Part shown: positions 7,263 to 16,669 of the stretch, in pieces
How the letters are laid out: the number at the start of each line of letters is the position of its first letter
Numbering within the stretch: position 1 is the stretch's first letter
NCBI GenBank assembly: GCA_020854065.1
Contig: JADZGF010000003.1
Location: forward strand, 96,913 to 160,912
Direction: 5' to 3'
Length of the DNA stretch: 64,000 nucleotides
DNA from: Candidatus Nomurabacteria bacterium
Lineage (GTDB): Bacteria; Patescibacteriota; Minisyncoccia; Phycocordibacterales; SBAW01
Position numbers and translations under genes: made by a program
The notes under the pieces: model-generated
Seen by the model: the letters and a program-made list of their open reading frames with translations, nothing else
Told to the model about the DNA's origin: nothing
Database searches by the model: none

Positions 7263-10061
7263 ATGGCTGAGCAGTATGACCACGAGTCGATAGAAAAGAA
7301 ATGGCAAGAGCGTTGGCGCGAATCTGCTGCTTTTAAAACTACTGAAGATCCGAAGAAACCAAAAACCTATGTGCTCGATATGTTTCCGTATCCTTCTGGT
7401 GAAGGGTTGCATGTCGGACATCCAAAAGGCTACATAGCGACTGATATTTACTCGCGCTATAAACGTGCGCAAGGACACAACGTGCTCCATCCTATGGGAT
7501 GGGATGCATTTGGGTTGCCGGCAGAAAACTTTGCAATCAAAAACAAAATACATCCACGCGCGGCAGTTGAGAAAAACATTGCAAACTTTAAATCGCAGCT
7601 TTCACATATTGGATTTGACTATGACTGGTCGCGAGAGATAAATACTACTGATCCGGAGTACTACAAATGGACGCAGTGGATTTTCCTGCAATTGTATAAA
7701 AAAGGTCTGGCATATCAGAGCAACGAGCCTATCAATTGGTGCCCGTCGTGCATGACGGGTCTTGCAAACGAAGATCTTGATGGAAACGTGTGTGAGCGTT
7801 GTGGCAGCGTGGTGGAAAAGCGCGCACTGCCGCAATGGGTACTGAAGATTACGGAGTATGCAGATCGCATGCTCAACGATCTCTCTTTGTTGCAGTGGCC
7901 TGAGCATATTAAAGAGGCGCAGCGTAACTGGATAGGTCGCTCAGAGGGCGCAGAGATTACGTTCACCCTCACCGATGGAGGATCGCTTACCGTCTTTACC
8001 ACACGCCCTGACACGCTCTTTGGTGCAACCTACATGGTTATCGCTCCTGAGCATGCGTTGGTAGAGAAATATGCTGATGCGGCAGTACGTACGTATGTCG
8101 AGAGTATAAAGAATAAGACTGAACTTGAGCGTACGGCTGAAGGGAAAGAAAAGACAGGTGTTCTATTGCCGGGTGTCAAAGCACTCAATCCTGCTACTAA
8201 ACAAGAAATACCGATCTATATAGCCGACTATGTACTCGGTAGTTATGGCACTGGTGCCATTATGGCTGTGCCGGCGCATGATGAGCGCGACTATGAGTTT
8301 GCTAAAACGTTCAATCTTCCAGTGGTACAAGTGGTTGTACCGTGCGCACCTGATGCTATTAATCCACCGAAAGAAGGATTGGAGGAAGTAAAACGAGACA
8401 CTGTTATTGTGCACCTACGAGATAAGTCGACGGGTAAGTATGCATTGCTCGATTGGCACGGATCGCTTGAAGGAATAACTACTGTGATTATGGGTGGTGT
8501 TGAGGAGGGGCAGACTCCGGAAGATGCTGCATTGGCAGAAATTAAAGAGGAGGCAGCACTAGACGCTTCGATTGTAAGTTCAGTGCGGTGGATTACCGCT
8601 GCGCGATATTGCGCTTCTCATAAAAATCAAAATCGTTGCGCCCATACGTGGGGTTTTCTTGCTGAGGTAGAAAGTATCGAAAAACAAGGTGCTATCTCTG
8701 AGAAAGAACAAGGTCTCCACACATTGGTATGGGTAGATGAAAAAGAAGTAGCGTCCCGCCTTACCCCTGCGCATCAAAAGCAGGTATGGTATTTGCTCCA
8801 CCACGATGAGGCTCTTAGTGGTCCCGGGTATCTGATTAACTCAGGCGAGTTTGATGGCTTAGACAGCGAAGAGGCAAAGAAAAAGATAACCGGGTCTGTA
8901 GGTGGCAAAGCCGTGGTGCAGTACAAACTGCGTGACTGGGTTTTTAGCCGCCAACGGTACTGGGGTGAGCCTATTCCGATCGTGCATTGTCCAAAAGATG
9001 GCGCGGTAGCGGTGCCTGAGGATCAGTTGCCAGTGCTGTTGCCTGAGGTAGAGAGCTATGAGCCGTCGGGTACCGGTGAGTCACCGCTCGCGAATATTGC
9101 TGAGTGGGTGAACACGACGTGCCCACAATGTGGCGGACCAGCAAAGCGGGAGACAAACACCATGCCGCAATGGGCAGGCAGCAGTTGGTATTACCTGCGG
9201 TTTATGGATCCGCACAATAACTCTGCACTCGTGGGTAAAGATAAAGAAAAATACTGGGCACCGGTTGATGTATATGTGGGAGGTGATCATGCGGTGCGCC
9301 ACCTTATCTACGCGCGCTTCTGGCATAAATTTTTGTATGACATTGGGGTCGTTACGACCGTTGAACCTTTTGCTCGACTTGAGTTTTTGGGCTTTATCCT
9401 GGCCGAGGATGGTCGCAAGATGAGCAAACGCTATGGCAATATCATCAACCCTGATGACGTGGTTGCGCAGTACGGCGCGGATGCATTCCGAGTCTATGAG
9501 ATGTTTATGGGTCCGTTTGAAAATACGGTCGCATGGAGCACTGCTTCTATCAAAGGTACCGAGCGTTTCATCGAGCGGTTGTGGCGGGCAAAAGAATTGG
9601 TGCAGGAAGATCCTGTTGAGGCGTTAGAAGTAGAGTTGCACCGCACTATTAAAAAAGTGGGAGAGGACATTGAGGCATTTAAGTTCAATACTGCCGTGTC
9701 GCAGATGATGGTGTTTCTTAATGCACTTGAGAGTGCAAAAGGTATTGGCAAAGAGCAGTGGCAAAACTACCTCACGGTGCTTGCACCATATGCGCCACAT
9801 ATTGCACACGAGTTGGCCGAGCATCACGGGTTAGATATTAGCCAGTGGCCAACCTATGACCCTTCAAAGCTCACTTCAGCGCTCGTTACCGTTGCGGTGC
9901 AGGTAAATGGGAAGTCACGTACCACCATTGAACTTGCGCCTGATGCACCCGAAGCCGAGGCAATAGCGCTGGCGAAGGTTGCGGCGGCTAAATGGATAGG
10001 GGAGGGTGAACCTAAAAAAATCATCTACGTTCAAGGGAGGGTCATAAACGTGGTCGTTTGA
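7263..10061 (+). CDS. leuS: leucine--tRNA ligase with inserted Nudix-like domain
   Basis: HVGHPKGY (HIGH), CP1 editing-domain motifs (TTRPDTLFGATY, AVPAHDERDYEFA), KMSKRYGN (KMSKS) and C-terminal anticodon-binding region. A roughly 165-aa insertion at aa 355-522 contains a Nudix-box-like GGVEEGQTPEDAALAEIKEEAAL. Confidence 0.93.
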   Translation: MAEQYDHESIEKKWQERWRESAAFKTTEDPKKPKTYVLDMFPYPSGEGLHVGHPKGYIATDIYSRYKRAQGHNVLHPMGWDAFGLPAENFAIKNKIHPRAAVEKNIANFKSQLSHIGFDYDWSREINTTDPEYYKWTQWIFLQLYKKGLAYQSNEPINWCPSCMTGLANEDLDGNVCERCGSVVEKRALPQWVLKITEYADRMLNDLSLLQWPEHIKEAQRNWIGRSEGAEITFTLTDGGSLTVFTTRPDTLFGATYMVIAPEHALVEKYADAAVRTYVESIKNKTELERTAEGKEKTGVLLPGVKALNPATKQEIPIYIADYVLGSYGTGAIMAVPAHDERDYEFAKTFNLPVVQVVVPCAPDAINPPKEGLEEVKRDTVIVHLRDKSTGKYALLDWHGSLEGITTVIMGGVEEGQTPEDAALAEIKEEAALDASIVSSVRWITAARYCASHKNQNRCAHTWGFLAEVESIEKQGAISEKEQGLHTLVWVDEKEVASRLTPAHQKQVWYLLHHDEALSGPGYLINSGEFDGLDSEEAKKKITGSVGGKAVVQYKLRDWVFSRQRYWGEPIPIVHCPKDGAVAVPEDQLPVLLPEVESYEPSGTGESPLANIAEWVNTTCPQCGGPAKRETNTMPQWAGSSWYYLRFMDPHNNSALVGKDKEKYWAPVDVYVGGDHAVRHLIYARFWHKFLYDIGVVTTVEPFARLEFLGFILAEDGRKMSKRYGNIINPDDVVAQYGADAFRVYEMFMGPFENTVAWSTASIKGTERFIERLWRAKELVQEDPVEALEVELHRTIKKVGEDIEAFKFNTAVSQMMVFLNALESAKGIGKEQWQNYLTVLAPYAPHIAHELAEHHGLDISQWPTYDPSKLTSALVTVAVQVNGKSRTTIELAPDAPEAEAIALAKVAAAKWIGEGEPKKIIYVQGRVINVVV

Positions 10062-10098
10062 CAGTGTGATTTAGCGTGATATATTAGACCACACCAAT

Positions 10099-11145
10099 AT
10101 GGCAACCGCGACCGGAGAGAAAACCGACTTCAAACCGAAAGCTATCGTCAAAAAACTCCTTATGGCGCTCCCTGAGCGCTCTCGTACTGTTCTTGAGGCC
10201 CGTTTCGGGCTAGGTGCTTCCCCAGAGCGCGTAACGCTTGAAGCGATCGGCAAACGCTATGGCATTACCCGTGAGCGTGTTCGCCAGATCGAGAACCACG
10301 CCCTTGCATCGCTTAAGAAATCACCTGCATTCAACGCAGCAGAAGGCGCCTTCCAGGAATTGGAGCGCATTATCGACGGACTTGGCGGCATCGTCTGCGA
10401 AGATGATCTCTTGGACTACATGACCAAGGATCAGTCGATGCAAAACCATATCTACTTCCTTTTGGTGCTCGGCGATCCATTTAAATACCGCAAAGAGGAT
10501 GAGGAGGTTAACCGCTGCTGGTATGTCGACAAAGACCTTGCAGAGAAGGTTGAGAATGCACTTAAAAACCTCTACGCAGGACTCTCTGACGAGGATCTCA
10601 TCCCTGAAGGTGAGATGGTAGATCGTTTCCTTAAAGAGCTTCAGACTATCAACGACAAGCATCGCAATGATGAGGTCTTGCGCCGTTGGTTGCGTATCTC
10701 AAAAGGTTTGGGCAAGAACCCGTTGGGTGAGTGGGGTCCTGCGAAGTCGCCTAACGTAAAGACGAAGGGTGTTCGCGACTTTGCCTATTTGGCCGTTAAG
10801 AAGCATGGTTCTCCATTGCACTTCCGCGAGGTAGCAAAACTCATCGAAAAGATGTTTGATCGCACGGCACATGTTGCCACGACGCATAACGAGCTCATCA
10901 AAGACAACCGCTTTGTACTTGTTGGTCGCGGTATGTACGCGCTTAAAGAGTGGGGCTATACCCAAGGCGTAGTCCGCGATGTTATCCGCGAGGTATTGCG
11001 CAGTGGTGGTCCTATGACCAAAGAGGCAATCATCGAGAAGGTGCTTAAAGAGCGCCACGTAAAACCAGGCACGATTGTAGTGAACCTGCAGAACCAGAAA
11101 TATTTCAAACGAGGGAAGGACGGAAAATTCTCACTCGTTAAGTAA
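10099..11145 (+). CDS. sigma-70 region-4 (HTH) domain protein with C-terminal HARE-HTH-like domain
   Basis: N-terminus LEARFGLGASPERVTLEAIGKRYGITRERVRQIENHALASLKK is a classic sigma-70 region 4.2. C-terminus (aa 228-300: DFAYLAVKKHGSPLHFREVAKLIEKMF...FVLVGRGMYALKEW) matches the HARE-HTH / RpoE-delta N-domain pattern. Confidence 0.6.
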   Translation: MATATGEKTDFKPKAIVKKLLMALPERSRTVLEARFGLGASPERVTLEAIGKRYGITRERVRQIENHALASLKKSPAFNAAEGAFQELERIIDGLGGIVCEDDLLDYMTKDQSMQNHIYFLLVLGDPFKYRKEDEEVNRCWYVDKDLAEKVENALKNLYAGLSDEDLIPEGEMVDRFLKELQTINDKHRNDEVLRRWLRISKGLGKNPLGEWGPAKSPNVKTKGVRDFAYLAVKKHGSPLHFREVAKLIEKMFDRTAHVATTHNELIKDNRFVLVGRGMYALKEWGYTQGVVRDVIREVLRSGGPMTKEAIIEKVLKERHVKPGTIVVNLQNQKYFKRGKDGKFSLVK

Positions 11146-11170
11146 AAATCCCCATAGTGAGGATTTTTTA
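11145..11170. terminator. bidirectional rho-independent terminator
   Basis: AAAATCCCCATAGTGAGGATTTTTTAT between convergent genes. Confidence 0.55.
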
Positions 11171-11446
11171 TATCGTAAACAAGTTACCAATAGCTCTGAG
11201 TATTTGCCAGAGAGTAAAGAGGAATACCATTGCCCAAAAGCCCCAGGTGATATGGACGCGATTATGTTCGATATGCTCCTCGTGACTGGAGAGGGTAAAA
11301 AAGTGGGGCACACCTGCAAGTAATCCGCGCAAAAAGGTTAAAAAGGCGAGCGCTCCCAAGAAGGAGAACATGAGGCCTAGATACCACACAGGATCAGATA
11401 CGATACTCACGGCGAGTGCATCCATACTCAAGGTATACTGTAGCAT
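11168..11446 (-). CDS. small two-TM membrane protein (hypothetical)
   Basis: Track ORF 11168..11614 trimmed to ATG at 11446 (MLQYTLSMDALAV...). Two hydrophobic helices. The longer form would overlap the divergent gene. Confidence 0.3.
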   Translation of the reverse strand: MLQYTLSMDALAVSIVSDPVWYLGLMFSFLGALAFLTFLRGLLAGVPHFFTLSSHEEHIEHNRVHITWGFWAMVFLFTLWQILRAIGNLFTI

Positions 11447-11453
11447 ATAGACT

Positions 11454-12902
11454 ATGGCATCTCCCGGTGGTGGGTACAGTAAATTTCCGTGGTGGAAGAA
11501 AGTCCTCTTTGTGTGGACGCACGATGGTTCTGCGGCGTTTGCAAAATATATAAATGATTGGGCCTTTGATCCGCTTGCCGTTATCCCGGTAGCGTTTCTC
11601 TTTTTTATAAGCATTGCGGTTGCGGTCGATCCTCAAGCGGTAGAGGCGACATTGGCGATGGTGATATTCCTCTCACCAATATGGCTTCCACTGTTTCTCT
11701 TTGTGTTCTTCTGGGTGACGTGGATGCACTACATTCGCTTTTTGTTTTGGTTTAAAGCCGAAATGTGTCTCCTTGAGATTCAGTTGCCACCAGAGGTCAC
11801 CAAATCGCCGTTGGCCATGGAGCTCTTCTTGACCTCGCTTCATAACGCAGGAGGTGAAGCAACCTTTATCGCCCGTATTTGGAAAGGGAGCTTCCGTCCC
11901 ATTTGGTCGCTTGAGATAGCGAGCAATGAAGGACGAATCGGCTTTTATATCCATCTGCGACGCAATTGGCGCAGCATTATCGAAGCGCGTCTTTATGGTC
12001 AGTTTCCTGAGGCAAAAATCACTGAAGTTGAAGATTATGTACACAAAGTACCCTTTAATCTCGAGGAGTACGATATTTTTGGTGCCGAGTATAGCAAAGG
12101 AGAACCTCAGGCGCTGCCTATTAAAAGCTATATAGACTATGGGCTCGATAAAAACACAGACACGCCGGAGATACAGATCGACCCGATTACGAACTTGGTC
12201 GAGCTTTTGGGCAATATAGGCAAAGACCAATATTTCTGGATGCAGATTATTGTAAAACCGTTTAAGAAAGAGGAGTGGTACGGTTTTTATCGCTCCCACG
12301 ATCCATTTAAAGAGGGTGCAAAGAAAGGTATCGCTGATATCACTAATAAGGCAATTGCGCGTGCACAAGAGCTAACAGGGGATGAGGCCGAAAAGAAAAA
12401 AGTCGGTACCCGTGGCGCCATGCTTCTCTCTCCAGGAGAGAAAAACCAAGTTGAAGCAATTGAACGCTCCCTTACCAAACTGTTGTTTGAGTGTGGTGTC
12501 CGCGTACTCTATATCTCAAAAAATACAGTGAGTTCCCGTGATCCGTATCATGGCACTAACAACGGCGCGTTAATTCGCTTTTTTGATGCGTATAAGCAAC
12601 CAGGGTACAATGGCCTAGGTGTAACCAGCCGGCTGAGTACGTATTTTGATTATCCGTGGCAAGACTGGATGGATATCCGTCAAAATATCGAGAAGAGAAA
12701 TGCCTGGTTCCGGTACAAACATCGCGCATATTTTTATGTCCCGTATGATCAGGTGCCGGTCTATATGACCACTGAAGAATTGGCAACAATCTGGCACTTC
12801 CCAAGTTCTGTCGTCAAAACCCCTGCACTGGATCGTGTTCCTTCTCGTCGTTCCGAAGCGCCCATCAATTTACCGACCGGGCCATCAAATTTACCTGTAT
12901 AG
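11454..12902 (+). CDS. membrane-anchored hypothetical protein (N-terminal TM helices plus roughly 400-aa soluble domain)
   Basis: Hydrophobic N-terminus then an uncharacterised domain (…YHGTNNGALIRFFDAYKQPGYNGLG…). Alternative start at ATG 11658 would avoid overlap with the - strand ORF. Confidence 0.5.
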   Translation: MASPGGGYSKFPWWKKVLFVWTHDGSAAFAKYINDWAFDPLAVIPVAFLFFISIAVAVDPQAVEATLAMVIFLSPIWLPLFLFVFFWVTWMHYIRFLFWFKAEMCLLEIQLPPEVTKSPLAMELFLTSLHNAGGEATFIARIWKGSFRPIWSLEIASNEGRIGFYIHLRRNWRSIIEARLYGQFPEAKITEVEDYVHKVPFNLEEYDIFGAEYSKGEPQALPIKSYIDYGLDKNTDTPEIQIDPITNLVELLGNIGKDQYFWMQIIVKPFKKEEWYGFYRSHDPFKEGAKKGIADITNKAIARAQELTGDEAEKKKVGTRGAMLLSPGEKNQVEAIERSLTKLLFECGVRVLYISKNTVSSRDPYHGTNNGALIRFFDAYKQPGYNGLGVTSRLSTYFDYPWQDWMDIRQNIEKRNAWFRYKHRAYFYVPYDQVPVYMTTEELATIWHFPSSVVKTPALDRVPSRRSEAPINLPTGPSNLPV

Positions 12903-12914
12903 TGTTACGATCGG

Positions 12915-13937
12915 ATGCCATTTCATCACACGCATTTCCCAACTTTTACCTCGTTCTACCACTCTTTCCGTGAGTGGTATGGTTCTCTGCGCTTTGTTGG
13001 AAAGTTCGCCGTTAATTTTGTTGTAACGGGTGCGATAGTGCTTCTTCTGTATTGGATATTTTTAAGTGCCCCACCAGATTTTCCAAGAGGGGCATATGTG
13101 CGTGTGCCACAAGGTGCAAGTCTGCAGTATATGGCCGAGACGTTTGAGGATCGGGCTGTAGTGCGCAATGGATTCTTATTCAAATTGGCCGTACGTGCGT
13201 TAGGGGATCACCGGAAGATTCCTGCAGGAGAATATTACTTCCCTCAGGGAGAAGGATTGGTACAAGTCGCTATCCGGTTAGTGTCCGGAGACTTTAATAC
13301 GACACCGGTGCGTATCACGGTGCCTGAAGGTGCTACGAACCGTGAGATAACGGCGCTCTTGGCGGAGCAATTACCTGAGTTTGATATTAGAGAGTTTATT
13401 GCGGCAACCAAAGATAAAGAAGGGTACCTCTTCCCAGACACCTACTTCTTTATGCCAGGGGAGTCGACTGAGGGAATACTTTCGGTGTTTAATAACGGAC
13501 TTCAGACACATCTCCAAAAAATTGAATCGAAAATTGAAGCGTCAGGGAAAACACTCCACGAAGTACTCACCATGGCTTCGATTTTAGAGAAGGAAGCTGC
13601 GAAGCTTGAAGATCGAAAACTTATCTCAGGGGTACTGTGGCATCGCATCGATATTGGTATGCTGCTTCAGGTTGATGCGGTCTTTCCATACTATTTAGGA
13701 CGCAACACGTTTGAAGTAACCATTGATGATCTTAAAGAAGATCATCCGTATAACACGTATGTAAATAAAGGCCTGCCTCCTGGCCCTATCGGCAACCCAT
13801 CGCTTGATGCCATCCTTGCGGCAGTAGAACCCACACCAAACAACTATGTGTACTTCCTCTCTGACCTCGACGGCAACTTCCACTTTGCCAACACCTATGA
13901 GCAGCATTTGGCCAACAAGGCTCGCTACTTAGATTAA
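12915..13937 (+). CDS. mltG: endolytic murein transglycosylase MltG (YceG family)
   Basis: N-terminal TM anchor, YYFPQGEGL, LTMASILEKEA and NTYVNKGLPPGPIGNP motifs typical of YceG/MltG. Confidence 0.85.
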   Translation: MPFHHTHFPTFTSFYHSFREWYGSLRFVGKFAVNFVVTGAIVLLLYWIFLSAPPDFPRGAYVRVPQGASLQYMAETFEDRAVVRNGFLFKLAVRALGDHRKIPAGEYYFPQGEGLVQVAIRLVSGDFNTTPVRITVPEGATNREITALLAEQLPEFDIREFIAATKDKEGYLFPDTYFFMPGESTEGILSVFNNGLQTHLQKIESKIEASGKTLHEVLTMASILEKEAAKLEDRKLISGVLWHRIDIGMLLQVDAVFPYYLGRNTFEVTIDDLKEDHPYNTYVNKGLPPGPIGNPSLDAILAAVEPTPNNYVYFLSDLDGNFHFANTYEQHLANKARYLD

Positions 13938-14036
13938 GGCTACATATTGTCTTTTTGTTAAAAATGTGCTATTTTGTCGCGTGGAAGCAAGCTACCTCAT
14001 GGTGAGGGAGCGTCCATACAACTAGAGAGAGTGCGC

Positions 14037-15563
14037 ATGACCTTTTACGGATACGGGTGGGGCCATCAGCCCTTTTGGTTTGGACATTTCCATCCCAAGC
14101 CCCACTTTGCTCTGAAGGAAAGTGTGTTCAAGTCCTCTCCATTCCGAAAGGATTGGATCCCGAACACAGAACTCGACGCAGTGCTCGATCCGACGGCTCA
14201 GGACGGCGGCTTCATGTTTGTCGGCAGCGGAAATTCCGTTGACGACTTCTTGATCCAAAGAAACCTCAGCCTCGACGTCGAGGGTGCGATCAAGGTCAAA
14301 TACAGACAAGGGCAGGACTTCGATCCTGAATCAGTTGGGCCTGGCGGTGTTCCGCACTACAGCGTTCCATCTGGTCCGCAGGTCGTCGATCCTGTGCACG
14401 GTGTCCCGGCGGCAAACGCCAACAGGGCAGCGTGGAGCTTCGATTTCTCGGTCAATTCCGGGATCGATGGGTCGAGCACGACACTTGCGCAGCTGCTGGT
14501 CAAATATACAGCAACACTCAAGTTCGATATCGACCCGAGCGACAAGGTCAACTACTACGAACTGACCTTGAAGAAAGCTCCGGTCGGGTATACGGCATCT
14601 GAATCTGGATACGTATGGACCGACAAGTTCGGAAACATCATCATCGGCGACGATGGCGGCAATGCGCAGGTGACGCAGAACAGCTTCAACTACGCGTTTA
14701 TCGCTAACAAGATCGATACGTCGTGGGCTCCGGGTATCCAACCCTACACCTTCGGCGCTGGCCAGTTCGATATCGAGCTCGAAGTCAAATCAAAATTTGG
14801 CTTCAACAAGTTACTCGACCTGCATACGATCGTGGATGTCGGCCAGGATGCCTCTCCGTGGGATGGTCCGCTCGTCTTCCTGAATGCGGATCTCGCCTCG
14901 ACGGCGCAGGAAACCCCAGGAAACATTTTCCAGGGCTCCGGCAACAACGAGGAGGACTTCCAGATCTCGCGCAACTCTGTGCATGACCTGGAAGCCGGTA
15001 TTAGGTTGCACTATCGCCAAGGTGAAAATATCGAGGCGTCATACCTCGACGACGATACGTTCCACTTCATTGTGCCGGATGGGCCCCAGGTGGTTGATCC
15101 TGCACATGGTGTCCCGGTGGCGAATGCCAATCGGGCGGCGTGGAGCTTCACCTTGTCGGTCGATTCGGGAATCGAGGGCAGTACGAAGACTATCGCAGAC
15201 CATCTGGACAGCGGCGCCGATATCTTCCTGCGGATCGACATGGATCCTCGGGTCGACCAGATCAAGTTCCTCAATATGGAGCTTGTCGAAGGTGGTGCTT
15301 CGCAGTCCGGGTATCAGTGGATCGCGGCGGACAACTTGTTCGTCCCGAAGGGAACGGTTCTCATTCCCGACGATGAAGGAAATGCACAGGTCACCCAAAA
15401 TGACCGAAACATTTCTTTCTACACTTCGTTCATCGATGCCAATCCGAATGTGCCCGGCCAACAAGCCTACACGTTCGGCCCCGGCGAGTTCGATATCGAG
15501 CTGGTTGGGTACAAGGGCTTCTCGACTCTCTTCGACGTCGACGCGGTCGTCCACGTTATCTAG
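14037..15563 (+). CDS. hypothetical protein built from two tandem copies of a roughly 220-aa unknown domain; GC-rich relative to flanks
   Basis: Repeat 1 about aa 84-288 and repeat 2 about aa 321-529 (track ORF numbering). Shared blocks GSGN..DF.I.RN, VP.GPQVVDP.HGVP.ANANRAAWSF..SV.SGI.GS and YTFG.G.FDIEL. Track start is TTG 13974; trimmed to ATG 14037. No signal peptide. Confidence 0.55.
   Translation: MTFYGYGWGHQPFWFGHFHPKPHFALKESVFKSSPFRKDWIPNTELDAVLDPTAQDGGFMFVGSGNSVDDFLIQRNLSLDVEGAIKVKYRQGQDFDPESVGPGGVPHYSVPSGPQVVDPVHGVPAANANRAAWSFDFSVNSGIDGSSTTLAQLLVKYTATLKFDIDPSDKVNYYELTLKKAPVGYTASESGYVWTDKFGNIIIGDDGGNAQVTQNSFNYAFIANKIDTSWAPGIQPYTFGAGQFDIELEVKSKFGFNKLLDLHTIVDVGQDASPWDGPLVFLNADLASTAQETPGNIFQGSGNNEEDFQISRNSVHDLEAGIRLHYRQGENIEASYLDDDTFHFIVPDGPQVVDPAHGVPVANANRAAWSFTLSVDSGIEGSTKTIADHLDSGADIFLRIDMDPRVDQIKFLNMELVEGGASQSGYQWIAADNLFVPKGTVLIPDDEGNAQVTQNDRNISFYTSFIDANPNVPGQQAYTFGPGEFDIELVGYKGFSTLFDVDAVVHVI
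14223..15560 (+). repeat. intragenic tandem duplication (two units of about 620 nt, roughly 75-80% DNA identity over conserved blocks)
   Basis: Compare ggtccgcaggtcgtcgatcctgtgcacggtgtcccggcggcaaacgccaac with gggccccaggtggttgatcctgcacatggtgtcccggtggcgaatgccaat. Confidence 0.7.
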
Positions 15564-15585
15564 GACGACATCGTCACAAATGGTG

Positions 15586-15618
15586 CCCCGGGGTTATTCC
15601 CCGGGGTTTCTTTTTTAT
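15586..15618 (+). terminator. strong rho-independent terminator
   Basis: CCCCGGGGTTATTCCCCGGGG (8-bp GC stem) followed by TTTCTTTTTTAT. Confidence 0.8.
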
Positions 15619-15642
15619 GTATTGCAACGTATAACAGACCAT

Positions 15643-16665
15643 ATGAACGTGTTTGTAGGACTCAGTGGCGGTGTCGACTCCGCAGTATCTGCCGCCTTGC
15701 TTAAAGAGCAGGGGCACGATGTTGTGGGTGTGTTTATTCGCATCTCGCTCCCTGGTTATCCGTGCACCGCAGGTGTCGACAAAGTGGATGCTATGCGAGT
15801 GGCAGCGCATCTAAAAATACCGTTTCAAGAAATTGATCTCTCAGAGGAATATGAGCAGCGTGTATTTAGAGCATCGGTTAAAGAGTTTGAGCAGGGGAGA
15901 ACTCCCAATCCTGATGTGCTGTGTAATCGGGAGATAAAGTTTGGCCTTTTCTATGACTGGGCGCGCGCACAGGGAGCTGAGATGGTTGCCACGGGCCACT
16001 ATGCGCAGGTAAAAAACAACTCGTTGTATGCCGGAGTGGATACGGAGAAGGATCAATCGTATTTCCTTTCTTTGGTACCGAAAGAAATATTTGCACACGT
16101 TTTGTTTCCTATCGGGCATCTTCAAAAGAGCGAAGTGCGCCGTCTGGCAAAGAAGTTCAAACTTCCGAATGCTGAGCGGCCCGACAGCCAAGGCTTATGT
16201 TTTCTTGGCCCCATCTCTATCACCGATATGCTCAAACACGAGACGAGTCCTCTTCCGGGAGAAGTCCTCGATGAAGAGGGAAATGTGGTGGGGACTCATG
16301 AAGGGGTTCAGCTTTACACACTCGGGCAGCGACATGGTTTTACCCTCACTGCGCACACGCCTGATACCAAGCCACACTATGTGATTGCGAAAGATCCGGA
16401 GTTCAACACGATTACCGTATCTGCGAACAAATTTCCGCAAGGGGCACAGAAAACAGAGATTGAACTTACTGAAAAAAATTGGTTTAGCGAAAATCCTACC
16501 GTTGCACGGTATCGATATCGACAGACGCTTATACCCGCCCACGTTGAAGGTGAGATCGTGGTGCTTGAGGAACCACATTATGCTCCCGAAGGGCAAATAC
16601 TTGCGCTGTATAACAAGGATGAGTGTATAGGTGCGGGGGTTATACAAAAAAGCCGCGTATACTAA
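15643..16665 (+). CDS. mnmA: tRNA-specific 2-thiouridylase MnmA
   Basis: Starts MNVFVGLSGGVDSAVSA (PP-loop SGGxDS); catalytic Cys region QGLCFLG. The upstream 253 codons of track ORF 14884..16665 are an out-of-frame read-through of the previous gene. Confidence 0.9.
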   Translation: MNVFVGLSGGVDSAVSAALLKEQGHDVVGVFIRISLPGYPCTAGVDKVDAMRVAAHLKIPFQEIDLSEEYEQRVFRASVKEFEQGRTPNPDVLCNREIKFGLFYDWARAQGAEMVATGHYAQVKNNSLYAGVDTEKDQSYFLSLVPKEIFAHVLFPIGHLQKSEVRRLAKKFKLPNAERPDSQGLCFLGPISITDMLKHETSPLPGEVLDEEGNVVGTHEGVQLYTLGQRHGFTLTAHTPDTKPHYVIAKDPEFNTITVSANKFPQGAQKTEIELTEKNWFSENPTVARYRYRQTLIPAHVEGEIVVLEEPHYAPEGQILALYNKDECIGAGVIQKSRVY

Positions 16666-16669
16666 ACGC

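Noticed and set aside
11454-11614. 160-nt overlap between ORF 11168..11614 (-) and ORF 11454..12902 (+)
   Set aside because: Both cannot be fully real. The - strand ORF was trimmed to its internal ATG (11446), and an alternative + strand start at 11658 is noted. Not a genuine overlapping-gene pair.
14884-15642. N-terminal 253 codons of track ORF 14884..16665 (593 aa), Ser/Arg/Thr-rich
   Set aside because: This is an out-of-frame overlap of the GC-rich upstream gene with low-complexity, nonsense-like composition. The recognisable MnmA protein begins at ATG 15643 after the terminator.
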